A DNA stretch of 64,000 nt, counting the filler, from Collodictyon triciliatum (lineage: Eukaryota): the NCBI GenBank assembly GCA_043381765.1. It is 5 parts of 5 records of this genome, joined end to end, with 100 filler letters (N's around TTAATTAATTAA, not from the genome) between each part and the next. Parts side by side here need not be neighbours in the genome. Positions count along the whole stretch, not along the records: positions 1 to 12,777 come from JBHJMP010002102.1; positions 12,878 to 25,645 come from JBHJMP010002103.1; 3 more parts are not named here. The stretch is one strand, 5' to 3'. This document shows positions 1 to 13,152 of this stretch, in pieces. The notes under the pieces were generated by a model that was given only the letters and a program-made list of their open reading frames with translations, was not told the DNA's origin and did not search any database. The stretch's first letter is position 1. Each line of letters opens with the position of its first letter. Both the position numbers and the translations under genes were made by a program.

Positions 1-709
1 AGAATTAACCAGAGTGCGAGCAAAGACGAGAGAATGAAAACGCCCACGAAAAAGACGGAAAATAAAGTTGCGGTTTTGGAATGAGTGAAAAGGTATATAG
101 ATGCAATTGAAAAAAAAATGCTCGGTTTGTCCAGAGTGTATGCGTGGATCACACAGTTCTTAGCCAGTCGCTGCTTTTCCCGTGCTTCGTTGTGAGTTTG
201 TGAATTGTTTGACTCTTGGCTGCTGTAAAGCGAGCAGGTTTCAGTTGATGCCTGTGGAACGAGCGGTTATGGAGTGACGATAGATCAACGCATTCCCAAA
301 TAAGGGCAGGATATTACTTCTGGAAATTATATGCTGCAGCATTTTAATTGAAGTAAGTGGCTTAGACTCTGAATATTAAAGTGAATGTTTAAAGACGAAC
401 ATACATGTATTACATATTACATGTGCCATCTCGCTCAATTAAAGTAATTATGTTACAATTCATGAAACTGACATAAAATTCTATTTCTGAAGTGCACACA
501 TACAATCAGTTGCATACTTTTTTTCGCGATACACTTGAATACTAAGGTGAAGGTTTTCAATAAGAATTCATTTGTACTTTAGGTATTACAGCCGCAAAAC
601 TAGCTCCCACACAGAGTTCTCGATGGACGGCTTCTCAGCTCAAAGTTATCACAAAAACAAAAAACAAAAAAACAATAACTGAAAAAAGAAAGAAAAAAGG
701 AAACTTGTC

Positions 710-2863
710 ATGCAGCAGGTCAAAAGCGCAGTCGAAAAACTGGTGGCGAAGGCTCATAACGGACTAGAAGCCTGCAACCAAGATCAACAGCATAGTTAAT
801 CAATTTGTTTCTGCTCATAACCTCAATCGCCAGAAACTCGCACTGTATATCTAAGTCTTATTTTTTTCCCTGGCAAAACAGGTTATGCTTTATGGCTGAG
901 CGTTCGAAACATGAGAGCCTGAATGAGGAGCCTTTTTTTTTTCCCGGAACTCTTTTTATTAACCGCACCCGATAGAAAACACAAGTCGCGACCCGTTGAA
1001 GTCTTTGCAAGTTGCAGCCAGCTCTTCTGGTTCCAACGCTGGTGCGGAAAACCCCCCAAGTTGCACGTAAGTCTAGGAAACCCGTGCAAGGAAGCCGCCT
1101 GCAAGTCTATCTGAGCGGTTATATTTTTGCACGGGGTCGAGCAGGTCGTTTACAACAAGAACAAGGCCCGCAGGCTAACAGATGCGCTCGCCTCCTTCTT
1201 GAAAGCGAACAAACTTTGGGAAGAGTCCATCGAACCGCGCTTACCAGACAGCGAAGGCCTTTGCCTGATTGTCTTGCGCACTGCAGAAAACGCCCGAAAG
1301 CTTGTGGAGCTGAAGAAGGTAAGTTTGATCGATATTACGAGCAGCTTCAGCAGAAGTAAACCAACAGAGACCTCAGTGATGCTCTACCAACTACCGCTGG
1401 ATGTGTGGCCGCAACACCTTCGTGAGGAGCTGAAGCCGTTCAGACCGACATGCGTGGAGATCAAAAGGAACAAAGTCTTCTTCAGAGACACGGCCGTGGT
1501 GAGGCTTCTTTGCCACAAGAACCAACTCATGCAAAGTTTACGGTCATGGGCAAAAAGTATCCGAAGCGCATCCTCAAAGAGCGTCCGCCAGCCGTGAAGA
1601 ACGAACGACAAGTAAAAACCCCGCAAAAGAATACACCCGCCAAACAGACAAGCAGCAACGGGGTCAAGGAAGCAAAGGCCAGGCAACAACAGAGTCCGCA
1701 AGACTCACAGCAGATATACACACTCAGCGACAGCGACGATGACATGGAAGGAAATCTCGGTTCCTCTTCAGAATCCTCGCATTCGAGCCCTCCACCACCA
1801 ACGCTGGACAAGCCCGCACATCACAAGACCCAAGAGCAACGCATCTCCAAACCCCGAAAGAAATCCCCCTTAAACTACCTTTTAGTCTGACGTGAATATG
1901 GTTAACATAGGAGGCATCAAGGCAGTCTTCGTTACATACCAGAAAGGATACTCCAAAGCGAAGGCAACACAAGAACCAGCGCCCACCAAAGATAGTCCGT
2001 TTATCATTCCCAACCCGTATTACATTCCATAGATTTAACCCCAATCACAACCGTCCTGAACAACAAAGGAGAATGATGCTCACGACACCCCATCTCATAC
2101 GGAGCGCCGTCTCCATTTTTCTTTCTCCTGAAGAACTAAAGGCGGTCCATTACGCCTGATTCTCCGCAATTCTCGATGGCCATGACATATTCCAAGCTAT
2201 TTCGATATAAAATCATCAGTCCGAATCCCTACAAACCGGAGAAGATGAGTCGTTGGGCCGAAACTATAGGCATTATAGACCCGCTGATAGTCAAAAGCTG
2301 GAAGCAAGCCCGTATACCTCAGTTGCTCCCGAAACACCGCGCCTTACTGCTCAATATCTCCAACAGAGAGCTGTGGATAGGTGCGCGCGTAGTCCATGCA
2401 GCAACGACCTCTCCGGAATGCACCATGTGTCATAGTGGAGATGACTCTATCGAACACACATTTGTGAAGTGCTCTTTGGCTCAAAAAGTGACAGAATCTA
2501 CCCACAAGATGCTCTCTGAGCTTGATTATGCTCCCAGCCGTCTCAGCGCGTCTGATATCCTGTTTGGCGCACAATACCAAATGACCCTCGACTCTAGAAT
2601 ACTCCGGACAGTCACAAGGGGCATTTGCTGTGGTCCCTATGGAGTGTGCGCGCATTCTCTCGCTCTAATGATTCACCCGAACGAGAAATCAATGTATCCA
2701 GGCGTGAAAGCCTCGTGCAATAAAGTTTCCTGAATAGCTTACTGAAACACGCTCGCATTCTTCGCTACTCTGACCGCAAGCGAAGAGAGATATGGGAATG
2801 TGTCGTGCGATATCTCCCACAGCATATCCAACCCCTGCTACCCACGCAGCCAATCAACCAGTT
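710..2863 (+). mobile_element. Decayed, internally deleted non-LTR (L1/Tx1-like) retrotransposon: broken ORF1 plus C-terminal zinc-finger end of ORF2
   Basis: Intronless, GC-richer block of frameshifted ORFs (1127-1597, 1450-1890). ORF 2176-2733 has CTMC-x7-H-x4-C (CTMCHSGDDSIEHTFVKC), the CCHC motif typical of the C-terminus of L1-type ORF2. Diverged copies occur at 5014-5390 (-) and 51556-51709 (-). No RT or endonuclease core visible. Confidence 0.75.
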
Positions 2864-3339
2864 AGTACTCTATCCCACTTCTGACTGCACAACCCTAAGT
2901 CCACCCTAATGCAACTGAGGAGGGTACCGCAAGGCGCATCGCGAAGAGATTCAGGGCGAGCAGCAGGGTTAAATCGAATTGCGCCCTAAAGCCCTGGCTG
3001 CTTTTGTGTGTTTCCTTTCTTCCGAGAAAGAGCCTTTCGGCGCAATATCAGTTACCATTCGGTTCGGCAACAAAGGGATATAGCCGAGTGGAGATGAGGC
3101 CACAAACACATCCTCCTATAAAGTCAGCTTAACCCGCAAACCAACCGCCGACACAAACAGGTGTCAATGAAATACGGAGGAGAGAAGGAAGAAACAGGGG
3201 AAGGAGCTCGAAAAACATTGATCGAACAAAGGAAAGGCAGCGACGAAGGAAAAAATAAATAAATAACAAAAGAGAATCAAAGAAAAAGGAGCGAGGTATT
3301 CCTAACTTTTCTCGCCCTCAATCGAAAGGAATTCTTGTC

Positions 3340-3999
3340 ATGGAAATCGAAAGTTTGACGGAGGTTGAGTTGCAAAAGCTCCAGGAGATTCTAAAGGAGT
3401 TTCGCGCCCCTATTGTGAAGGGTCAAATGGAAGAGGTTAGGCCTAAGTGGAACCTACAACCTGATAGTCCCAACAAATCACGAGGAGTTTGCAGTGACTG
3501 TCCCCACGGAGATTACACATACTGTGATTACTGCGACACCAGGAGCTGCTATCAATGCGTGGAGCTGTGTAATCCGAGAGTATCAATGGCGGATTTTGAA
3601 CACGCCTGTGATATTCGAAAGAAAATCATCGACATGTTGGAGCAAGAGGAGAAAGAAAGGTCTGAAGGCGGAGATGGAAATAGAAGTGATGAAAATAGTG
3701 ATGATGACATACCCGCCAAAAGGCCAAGGGAGGGCCAAGCCGCTTATTGGAATGGATTAAGGGAAAATTGGGTAAGTTGGAATGATTATCGGCATGACAG
3801 TAGCAGTAGGGTTGAAAGACGTTCGTTTATCGAATGGATCGAAGAAAGGTTCGAAGATGAAATTCGCGAAAGGCTTCATGAGTTACAGTGGGAGGAGGAG
3901 ATGGAAATAGAGTCCAACAGGCCGTATTGGAGTCCAAAAGAATTTCTGGAGATGGCAAATTACGTCAAGATGATTCAAAAACGCCTGGAGTCAGCCTAA
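3340..3999 (+). CDS. Intronless 219-aa protein with Cys cluster (CxxC, CxxC, CxxCxxxC) and acidic/helical C-terminus; unknown function, probably mobile-element derived
   Basis: Uninterrupted ATG-TAA ORF with CSDC...CDYC...CYQCVELC, lying between retroelement fragments and intronless in an otherwise intron-rich genome. Confidence 0.5.
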   Translation: MEIESLTEVELQKLQEILKEFRAPIVKGQMEEVRPKWNLQPDSPNKSRGVCSDCPHGDYTYCDYCDTRSCYQCVELCNPRVSMADFEHACDIRKKIIDMLEQEEKERSEGGDGNRSDENSDDDIPAKRPREGQAAYWNGLRENWVSWNDYRHDSSSRVERRSFIEWIEERFEDEIRERLHELQWEEEMEIESNRPYWSPKEFLEMANYVKMIQKRLESA

Positions 4000-4259
4000 T
4001 TGCAGGCCGAATGAAGCACAGATAATCACAAAGAGGAGCAGCTATAGAGACATGGAGTTGCTAGTTTGTGAACGCTTTTCTCTAAGTTCGATTCTCGCTA
4101 GTTGGGGGAAATGAGGGGAAACTCTTGTTTTCTTTCTGCATCCACTTAAACGGAAGGCCCTATGATAAAATGCAGAAAATACATATTTTCTTTCGCGTAT
4201 TCGATTCCACTTTCAATATAGAGCCCGTATTTCATGTCATTTTCTTCATTATTCATACA

Positions 4260-5390
4260 CTTTTCTTTCTTTGTGAATGTAATTTTTCAACAGTGTAATG
4301 AGAGAAAACAAGGCCGAGGAAACCGCCTTCGCCTCTAGGACAAAAATGAGCTGTGGATGAGACAGTGGAAACCCCCGGATTGTGTGGTTGGAGGTTTTGT
4401 GTTTTGGGTAGAAAAGAAAAAAAGAAAAAGAAGATAAAAAGAAGAAAAAAGAAAAAAAAAACAAGATAGAAAGAAAAAGAAAAAAAGATAGAAATGAGAG
4501 AAAGTGTTCTCACACGCAGACATTTCTACCCGAGGTGATTCAGCTCCAAGGCGATTTCTGGTTGTATTCGAGACTGACAGAAGAGCGGATAAAGTTGTCG
4601 GGTTAGTGAAAGTACGCACATGGCTGTTACTTCTCAAATCGACTCCGACGAGTCCTTTCAACTGTCTATCTCAGACAGGGCTTACATCCTATTTCACTCC
4701 ACAGGATGTGTCTTTTGAGGGGACAACGGGTCACTTTCCTTGCGTTTCTTGCTGGGCGACTCAGACAAAAAGCATACATCGTTGTTTCTTTGTTATTCAT
4801 GGAGGTGGCGCTTGACCGTCCCCTGGTTTCGGAACCATACGTAGCCGGCGGTGGACTTTGCTTAACCGTAGTATATGGACACGCGTTTGTGGTTTTATAA
4901 ACATACGCTCCTGCTTGCTCGGACTGCCTTTGGTGTGTGAAGTTCCAAGCTTGGTTTCGACTTCTGCTGTTTGCTCTTGCTCCTTGGTTCTCGGTGCGAC
5001 GGGCTGGGCAGGGTAAACGGACTATCTTTGGTGGGCGCTGGTTCTTGTGCTGCCTTCGCTTTGGAGTATCCTTTCGGATGAGTAACGAAGACTGCCTTGA
5101 GGCCTCCTATGTTAATCATATTCATGTCAGTTTGAATGGGTAGTTTAAGGGGGATTTTCTTTCGGGGTTTGGAGATACGCTGCTCTTGGGTCTTGCAATG
5201 TGCGGGCTTGTCCAGTATTGGTGGTGGATGGCTCGAGTGCAAAGATTCTGAAGAGGAACCGAGATTTCCTTCCATGTCATCGTCGCTGTCCCTGTATGCG
5301 CGTATCTGCTATGAGTCTTGCGGGCTCAGTTGTTGCCTGGCCTTGGCTTCCTTGACCCCGTTGCTGCTTGTCTGTTTGGCGGGTGTATTC
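4260..5390 (-). mobile_element. Second, inverted fragment of the same non-LTR element (ORF1 portion, possibly followed by a 3' UTR-like end)
   Basis: Reverse complement of 5014-5390 closely matches 1629-2003 (MEGNLGSSSES...KPRKK in both). It continues into sequence absent from copy 1. The 4284-4308 segment recurs in a TSD-flanked insertion at 24338-24376. Confidence 0.7.
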
Positions 5391-6197
5391 TAGTTTAGTT
5401 TATTGTTTTCCCATATTTTATAAGATGTTAAATGGACTCATCTTAAATCCCACTATACAAGTACTGTGATGCTTTATTTTCCCAATTCTTATTTCATAAC
5501 CCACGAATCACACAAAAAGAGGAAAAGAATCCACACCCACGAGCGATTGTTGAAAAGAAAAAAAAACCGGGGACTTTGGCCACTGCTCTAACGAGATTAT
5601 ACAACCCATCCGCCCACGCAGCCGGAAAACCAGAGGGTTTTGATTGAGGAAACTTTGGTAAAAGATATTCCATCCAGGCGGGAAAGAGCTTTATTCGGTG
5701 ATGGAACACAACCCCAACACCCAAAAATCAGCGAAGAGAGCGTAATGAATGGTATTCATTGTTCATTCCGCGAAGCCAATAAACATGAACGTCCACGTCG
5801 CTTTCTTGTCCACACAAATCGCAACCACCTACGATCGTAGACTTGATAGATTGTAAACACGAGGCGAAACCTCGATCTACCGTGCGGCACTTCTTTTATT
5901 CTCTTTTTTTCTCTACTTGAACCCCTATGCTTTGCCCACACGGAAGACAACTTCCTGTACTCCTCTTTCTTTCTTTTCAAGCTGCTTCGTTTGCACTCAC
6001 AAAAAAAAAAATTTTTTTTTTAGTCGTAATACCCTTCTGTTGATTCTTAGTTCATGTACCTTTATATCTTTCCCATTTTATTTATTCTTTATTTATTATC
6101 TATTTATCTATTTATCTATTTATTTATTTATCTATTTATTTATCTATTTATCTTTGCGAGGTGGTTTGCAACCGATTCCCACCTTTGTTTAAGAGCA

Positions 6198-7618
6198 ATG
6201 TCCCAAAGACTCGAGTTCCGCCTTGTCTCCACAGACGGCGGTCAGCACTCCTCCACGTACCAATGCGAAAACATGCTTCAAGGAAACACTAGCGTTTACT
6301 GCTCACACAAAGCAAACAACATAAACATTGTTCTCACACACGCGGAGGACGAGATTTTTTGTCTAGAGATGTTCATTGTGAAAGGGCCCGAGCAACAGTT
6401 CGTCTTCATTCTCTTTTCTTGTTTTTTATTTTCTGATGAATTCTATGATTTCTTTGATTTGAACTTACATATAATTGGTTTAAACACATGAAAAGCTTCA
6501 CAGCGCCGATTGGAACAGGATGTGTATTTGTTTCCATGGGTATATTTATCTACAAAATAAACCCATCCAAAAACATTCACATGTTTGGTGGTATCAATAA
6601 AAGTCATCAAATTTACTTATTAAATCAAAGAGAAAGCTTTTGATTTATAAAGAAATTCTATATTGTGTACTCTTTTACAAAAATCGTGATGTATTTTTCA
6701 TTGGTATTCCTTCGTTCTTCTTCAACATTTTTTTATATGATGCTTACATTTAGATCTCCCTAATATCGAGTCCACCTCGCACTTTGATTCCATGGAAGAA
6801 CGGGACTATGAAAACTATGTCAAAGAAAAAATAGCCAAAGGAGAGCAGTTATCGGACTCTGACCCTGTGGTAATATCATCTTTTTGAATGTGATATAATT
6901 GATTCTACACAGCGCATCATTTCTATCCACGTAAATGTCACATTTATGATAAATTGATGAAAGGGAGGTTTTTTTTTATACAAATGATAATAATATATTG
7001 AGTCCTTATTTTAATATTCATATAAATGTAATGTTATAAATGCTAAGGCGTTCTTTGATGCAAAAGACCATCCGTATTTAATCACAAAGCATCTTCAATC
7101 AAAAAAATATGGACGATTTGTACATATAAGTAAGTATATTTATGGTCACCATCACGGGCCATCCACTCTTTTTAACTGGGCTTCTTATTTTGTGACACTT
7201 TTATTGGACATATTTTTCGCATCAAAGTCTCACTAAATTCAACTCTACACATGAACAACATCATTTTATTGATATTTTCTGCCACACTTTTCTAATGGAT
7301 ATACATATCAGAAAGAGTGATATTTCTCAGTAAAGCAAAAAACAACTTCACGGCGAAATGCATTTATTTAGATTTTAATCACTTTCTAACGTGTAGAATT
7401 GATACGCTCTGCAAATTTCGGTTCAAACATTGACATTCAAGTAAACTTTAATCAAATAATTTAGTCTTGTTCCTCTCTCCAACGTCCAATATCTCGCTAA
7501 GATGCCAATGAAAAAATAACGCTGCGTCTTTTGAGAAAATAATGAATCAATTTCTTAGTATATGGGATTTCACGGATACGTTGGGCCCGAACAAAAATCA
7601 TCGTCGCACTTGGCTTGA
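6198..7618 (+). CDS. Conserved hypothetical protein (about 6 exons), possibly a galactose-binding-like/jelly-roll fold
   Basis: Exons join with GT-AG sites: MSQRLEFRLVSTDGG...SVYCSHK...FTAPIGTGCVFVSM...GRFVHIKLIRS...NIDIQYMGFHGYVGP. The motif order resembles an uncharacterised family I recall from fungi. Confidence 0.65.
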
Positions 7619-8009
7619 ATGAAAGCGACCACGAAAATAAATAAATAAAAATTATAATCAGACATTGAATGATTCGTTTTGGAAGTCTACATTCTCTAAA
7701 TTACGAGTTATTCAAAATCTGTACTATTTTTTTTTTTTAAAAAAAAAAAAAAACAGGTGCCTTTATTATCGCAGAAGTGTAAAATCGTCGGTTCGGCCAT
7801 ATTTTTGTCATGTTGAAGTTGATCACTACGAACCTGATCGAGTTCTGGAAAGAAAGTAAAGGACAAAAAAATAATGTTGCGACAACGTATATGGGAAGAA
7901 AAATATAAGCATATGAAATATCCTTCAGAAGCGGATGGATAGCTTTGCCTCGAGATTCCCAATATCTGCAACCTATGATGACATTCATTTTGAATAAACA
8001 CTGCATACG

Positions 8010-9056
8010 CATTCCCTTATAGTAGTCCTTCATCTAGTTTTAACCATGTATGATTGGACAGGTTCATATTGACGAATAGCTCACTGAACAGAATTCATCA
8101 AATGATATTTTGCCATCACGATCTGAGTCTGCCTCTGCAATCGTGGTTTCGACAATTTTTCGGATTTGGTCGTCCGTAAGGTTAGTCCTGCAGAGTTTAT
8201 TTGGCACGGTTCATGCAATAACGAAAGTTAAATGATTATTTATTAGATAATATATGCTGACCGAATAGTTTCGTTTTTAAAATAGTTATAAAAATTAAAG
8301 AGATAGAAACGTAAACATACCGAACCATCTGACGAAGGACGATTGTTAATTCCTCTGGATCCAGAAATCCATCTCCCTTTTCATCATATAAATCAAAAGC
8401 AAAGCGGAGCTTTTTCATTTTATCCTCCTTGGGATGGAAAACAGACAATGAATTCACAAACTGCTTGAAAGTGATAGAGTCGTTTTTCTTGCGGTCGAAT
8501 CCCGAAATCACACACATGGCCTAGTAACATACAAACATTAATTATGCGATACATCTCCTTACAGAATTAATCATGTTTTATGAAGAAAGAGATTTTATTC
8601 TATATATTTTCCGGTGAATTTCTAACAGAATCAATTGTGAACACATAATCAGTAAAAACGAATGAATGAAGGGGGAAAAAAATTCATAATTAATATACAA
8701 GGGGATTCATGGCGAGCTCGGGAATCGAAAGTAGTTCATCAGCATTGAGAGAAGAAGATCCGTCCTTGTCCAGTCTTTGAAATCGGCGATAAAGGCGATG
8801 GAGCTCATCTGCACTGACTGAAACAAGCTTTTTGGTTAGCAGAGGCGATACAGGAAAGCTTAGTCCAGGAAATAAAATGAAATAAAAAGAAGAAAGGAGA
8901 GCGACACAAGCGACACAAAAAAGAAAACAAAAAAGAAAACAAAAAAAAAAGCAAAAAATAAAATTAAAAAAGAGAAGGAAGTTTAGGCTTACAGTGCGTC
9001 TGCTTTTGGAGGTCTTCAACCTCTCGTTGGGACAGGTCTGACGAGCTCGCACCCAT
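8010..9056 (-). CDS. Calcineurin B-like EF-hand protein (N-myristoylation Gly2); last exon(s) uncertain
   Basis: [61 protein letters not shown]...[22 protein letters not shown]...[14 protein letters not shown]. Confidence 0.9.
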
Positions 9057-9283
9057 TCGACACCGGAACTTGCTTTAAAGTTCAAGATCAGGTCTCTGTG
9101 CGCAAAAGGCACAACAAATCGAGGGTGTGCTCAGAGACTGCCGCGAATCCTGGTCTCTTTTATAAATGACGCGATCTGATTAATGTTTGGTAAAAAATAA
9201 TAGTTTCTCTTTAAACACAGTTCATCATGCCATAAATAGTCATATTCGGTAATATAGGGTGGAGTCGGGTGGTATAGATATCT

Positions 9284-11611
9284 TTATTTCTTCTTGGGCT
9301 TGGACTTTTCCTCTTTCGCTGTTGGTGTGGGAGCTGGTTTGGCAGGTTCGGCCTTCGTCTCGTTTGAAACCTTCATAGAAATGCTGATTAATTTATCATT
9401 ATTATTTTTTAAAAAAATAAATTAAAGTTAGATAGAGGTGCCCTTTTTCAAATTGATCAAATGCAAAAGAGAAGATGATTGTATTCCCTTACTGATTTTC
9501 TGTCTGTTTGCAATCCCTCTGTCAGCGAGGCTAGGGCGCCATCAGACGAGGTTTTATTTGGGTCTACAAAGAGAGCAACACGAATAGGGTTACAGAGCAT
9601 ATATTTCCAGGATCAAGAACAGCACCACAATCGTGTCTTTTGTATATACCCATACTTTGACATACCTGAGTTAAGACTCTCTTGCATCAGCCTTTCAGCG
9701 TCCTTTATGCATATAAGCAAATGGTCATTCAAACCTTGACTTTCCATATTTTACTCGAACAAGATAGAAATGATATCTTTGAGACATAATTTTGGTCTAC
9801 CTCTTTCTGAAGCCGCTCCATTTCCAATCTTAATCTTATTTTCTCCTCGCTCATACCAGTTGAGAGAGCGGGCGGTGGGAAAGGAACTTCGACAGTGCAT
9901 TCTGCCATTGAAATCCATATTAAATTTAGACTTTTTTCCCTCACTATTCGAAAAATTGGAATAATTATCCTGGTGAGCCTTGTAAAAATGAAGGTGTCAA
10001 AGTTAATGAAATCACCAATTTCTGCAATTTGAGACTCTTGCGGTTGATTGAAACAAAAGAAAAACAAATTGTAGTGCTGGAAGAATCTGGTATTTAAAGC
10101 GTTGAATTAAAGAATGTAGCTTTGAACATGCAATTATCGGCGAATCCATCGATATATGTATGTAATGAAAAAATTGTGGTAAATAATGGTAATCATCTAT
10201 TACGTTTTAGTTGCATATTCCACAATCAAACGGGTTTGTTTGGAGGAAAACATGCCCTCAGATTTCTCCGTTGAAAGTGAGTGCTTTGAAATATATCCAC
10301 GAAAGAGACTTTGTGACCCATCTAAAGTGAGCTGTTTTGCTAAAATAATGTAATATTAAGAAGACATAGGTTAATGGAGTATGAGTGTGGCAGCACTGAA
10401 ACTTTTACAACATATGAGAATATGGCAAAATTTATGAGGGAAAATGAAAACAAAAACCAAGAATATGAAACAACAATAGAAAATGTCGGAAAAGCTGAAG
10501 AGAATTTCTAATATGCTTTTTTTTCTTTTTTCTTTTTTCATTTTTTTCTCTCTCTCTCTCTTTTTTTTTTAGAAACAAGTTCACGCGACATTAATGCTGC
10601 TTACCTATTGAACGCTCAAGAGCTGCCTTCATAATAGAGAAAAAAGCTGCTGTCTGTTCAGCAGAAAATTTTTGTTTCTTTGCAAAACTAGACGCAAAGG
10701 ATATGTATACGAATCAGCCAGCAAACTGAAATAGTATCACAATGTTGGTATTATTGAATAATTATCCTTCAATATATAACTATGAAGGACAAATTAAAGA
10801 TAACATAGTTAAATGGAAAAAAAAAGAGTCATCTCACATTATATTTCGCGCATGATATTCTAAAAGAATGGACTTTAGCAAATCAACATCAGTATCTTCC
10901 AAGCCGAGGAACGAGGTCACCAATCTTAATATGAAATTGATTATAAATTTCCCTGTTAGTTTCACAAACATATGGAAACCCCATGATATAAACTATTTGG
11001 AAAAAAAAAAACAAAGAAAGACGCATTTATAGACAAAAGTTGATTTTAACACGAATGGTGGGCATCATTCTTTTAGATTGATGATTATCCAAACTGAACG
11101 AGAAAAACGCAATATCTAAAAAGAAAGGATGAGAAAAAAGAACTTTGTGTCGCTTATAAAAAAAAACCTGAAAGTACTTAGAAACAAAAGGAAAGCGCAC
11201 ACACACATTCAAGATAAAAGGGGACTCTACAGACCCAGAAACAACGATTTCATCCACCGGCGCCCGCCACAGAGACTCTCCCTGCTCGTCTGTCAAATCC
11301 CTCTGCACAAAACTGCTCCTTGCGGCATCCATCTCGTCCGGATCACTCACTATCGCCGCCGCCTCTCCTGCACTCTCGGCCAAACCCGCCGCAGCCCCAT
11401 TCGGAGTCGACATATCGGCCCTCATTGCATCCGGCGTATGCGGCTGTGTGCGGTCCTCTTCGCCCGGCTTTTTCTTTTTCTCTCCTTCGGCTCCTGCTCG
11501 CTTCTTTGACGTCGGTGTTCGCGGATTCGTCCCGGTCGGTGGCGGTGTGGTCGTTGCTGCGCCTGCCTTTTTGCTCTGCGAACTGGGCCGCGCGCTGCTG
11601 TCCAGACCCAT
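9284..11611 (-). CDS. CFAP119/CCDC189 (C1a-32)-like flagellar central-pair protein, multi-exon
   Basis: Exon peptides FAKKQKFSAEQTAAFFSIM, FRGYISKHSL...MFSSKQTRLIVEYATK, FFQHYNLF and VEVPFPPPALSTG resemble the family's FS.EQTS and F.HY.LY motifs. Low-complexity N- and C-termini. Confidence 0.65.
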
Positions 11612-11868
11612 GGTTCCTTCTTGTGTTTTCTTTTCTTTCCTTTTCTTCTTCCTGAAGGTGCTGAAATATAAAAAAAAAATGCAAGGAATAACGGAGAGAA
11701 GAAGAAGAAAAGGCAGTGATAAAAAAAATTCAAGACAAAATAAAAGTGAAAAAAAAGGAAAGGAAAGTGTGGCTTTTCAGGAAGGACAAGACGGATGTGA
11801 TTTGTTGCCCGACGTTTGTTCTCTTTTTTTTCTCTTTTTTCTCTTTTTTCTCTTTTTTCTTTTTTCTA

Positions 11869-11977
<109 letters not shown>

Positions 11978-12777
11978 CATTTTCTCTTTTTTCTCTTTTT
12001 TTTTCTTCTCTCTGACGCCCTTTTAGAAACAGCCACGAATCGCTTTACTAGTTTGTTCGCGTTGGTTCGGCCTTTTCAGGGGGTTTCGGCTGATCTGCCT
12101 TCTGATGCCGGGCTGAGTGTCGCCAGAGCCGCCGTTTTTTTAAAATAGGAAATAGATTGCATATGCGGAAAGAATCTTTGTTGTGTATATAATCCAATTT
12201 TAGATATAGATATGCTAATCTGGAAAACGCGGCAAACACCACGTCCTTTTTTCTTTTTTGCTTCCCGTTTCTTTTTTTAAATGGCTTTACTTTTTTTTTT
12301 TTTACAGAATCCATTCGTTGCTAGAACGGCATCGAAGCGGGACGCGCTTTGCGATTGTTCTTGAGAGCGACAAATATGTCAAAGAGTAGAGATTCAGAAA
12401 ACTGCATTTTCATTTATTTCTCTTTTCTTTTTTCTTTTTCTCTTTTTTCTCTTTTTTCTCTTTTTTCTCTTTTTTCTCTTTTTTCTCTTTTTTCTCTTTT
12501 TTCTTTTTCTCTTTTTTCTCTTTTTTTTCTCTTTTTTCTCTTTTTTCTTTTTCTCTTTTTTCTCTTTTTTTTCTCTTTTTTCTCTTTTTTCTTTTTCTCT
12601 TTTTTCTCTTTTTTTTTCTCTTTTTTCTCTTTTTTCTCTTTTTTCTTTTTCTCTTTTTCTCTTTTTTCTCTTTTTTTCTCTTTTTTCTCTTTTTTCTCTT
12701 TTTTCTCTTTTTTTCTCTTTTTTCTCTTTTTTTCTCTTTTTTCTCTTTTTTCTCTTTTTTTTCTTTTTTCTCTTTTT

Positions 12778-12876
12778 NNNNNNNNNNNNNNNNNNNNNNN
12801 NNNNNNNNNNNNNNNNNNNNNTTAATTAATTAANNNNNNNNNNNNNNNNNNNNNNNNNNNNNNNNNNNNNNNNNNN
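12778..12876. other. Assembly gap with artificial TTAATTAATTAA spacer
   Basis: An identical 12-mer between N runs also occurs at 25690, 38559 and 51417; it places stop codons in all six frames. Confidence 0.9.
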
Positions 12877-13152
12877 NGAAAAAAGAAAAAAGAAAAAAGA
12901 AAAAAGAAAAAAAGAAAAAAGAAAAAAGAAAAAAAGAAAAAAGAAAAAAGAAAAAAAGAAAAAAAAGAAAAAAAAGAAAAAAAGAAAAAAAGAAGAAGAA
13001 AAAAAGAAAAAAGAAATAAGAAAAAAAGAAAAAAAGAAGAAGAAAAAAAGAAAAAAAGAAGAAGAAAAAAAGAAAAAAGAAATAAGAAAAAAAGAAAAAA
13101 AAGAAAAAAAGCTGAATATTTACTCATAAACACGGTAATGACGCCGCATCTA

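Noticed and set aside
120-290. Possible - strand exon at the window start
   Set aside because: Short, with no recognisable motif and no supportable gene model
2905-3000. CTGAGGA hammerhead-like core and possible pseudoknot/HDV-like pairing
   Set aside because: The second core reads GAAG rather than GAAA, stems I and III are not convincing, there is no HDV P3/P4/J4-2, and the AGGG/CCCT pairings are ambiguous
4191-4210. TATTCGATTC as another micro-insertion copy or a tRNA B-box (also partial matches near 8660 and 37187)
   Set aside because: Only about 10 nt match, no TSD and no cloverleaf
1629-5390. 375-bp inverted repeats as terminal inverted repeats of a DNA transposon
   Set aside because: The repeated sequence is internal ORF1-like coding DNA and no TSD or transposase is seen; more likely independent retroelement fragments
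12822-12833. Palindromic TTAATTAATTAA repeated four times in the window
   Set aside because: Always embedded in N runs; an assembly spacer, not biology
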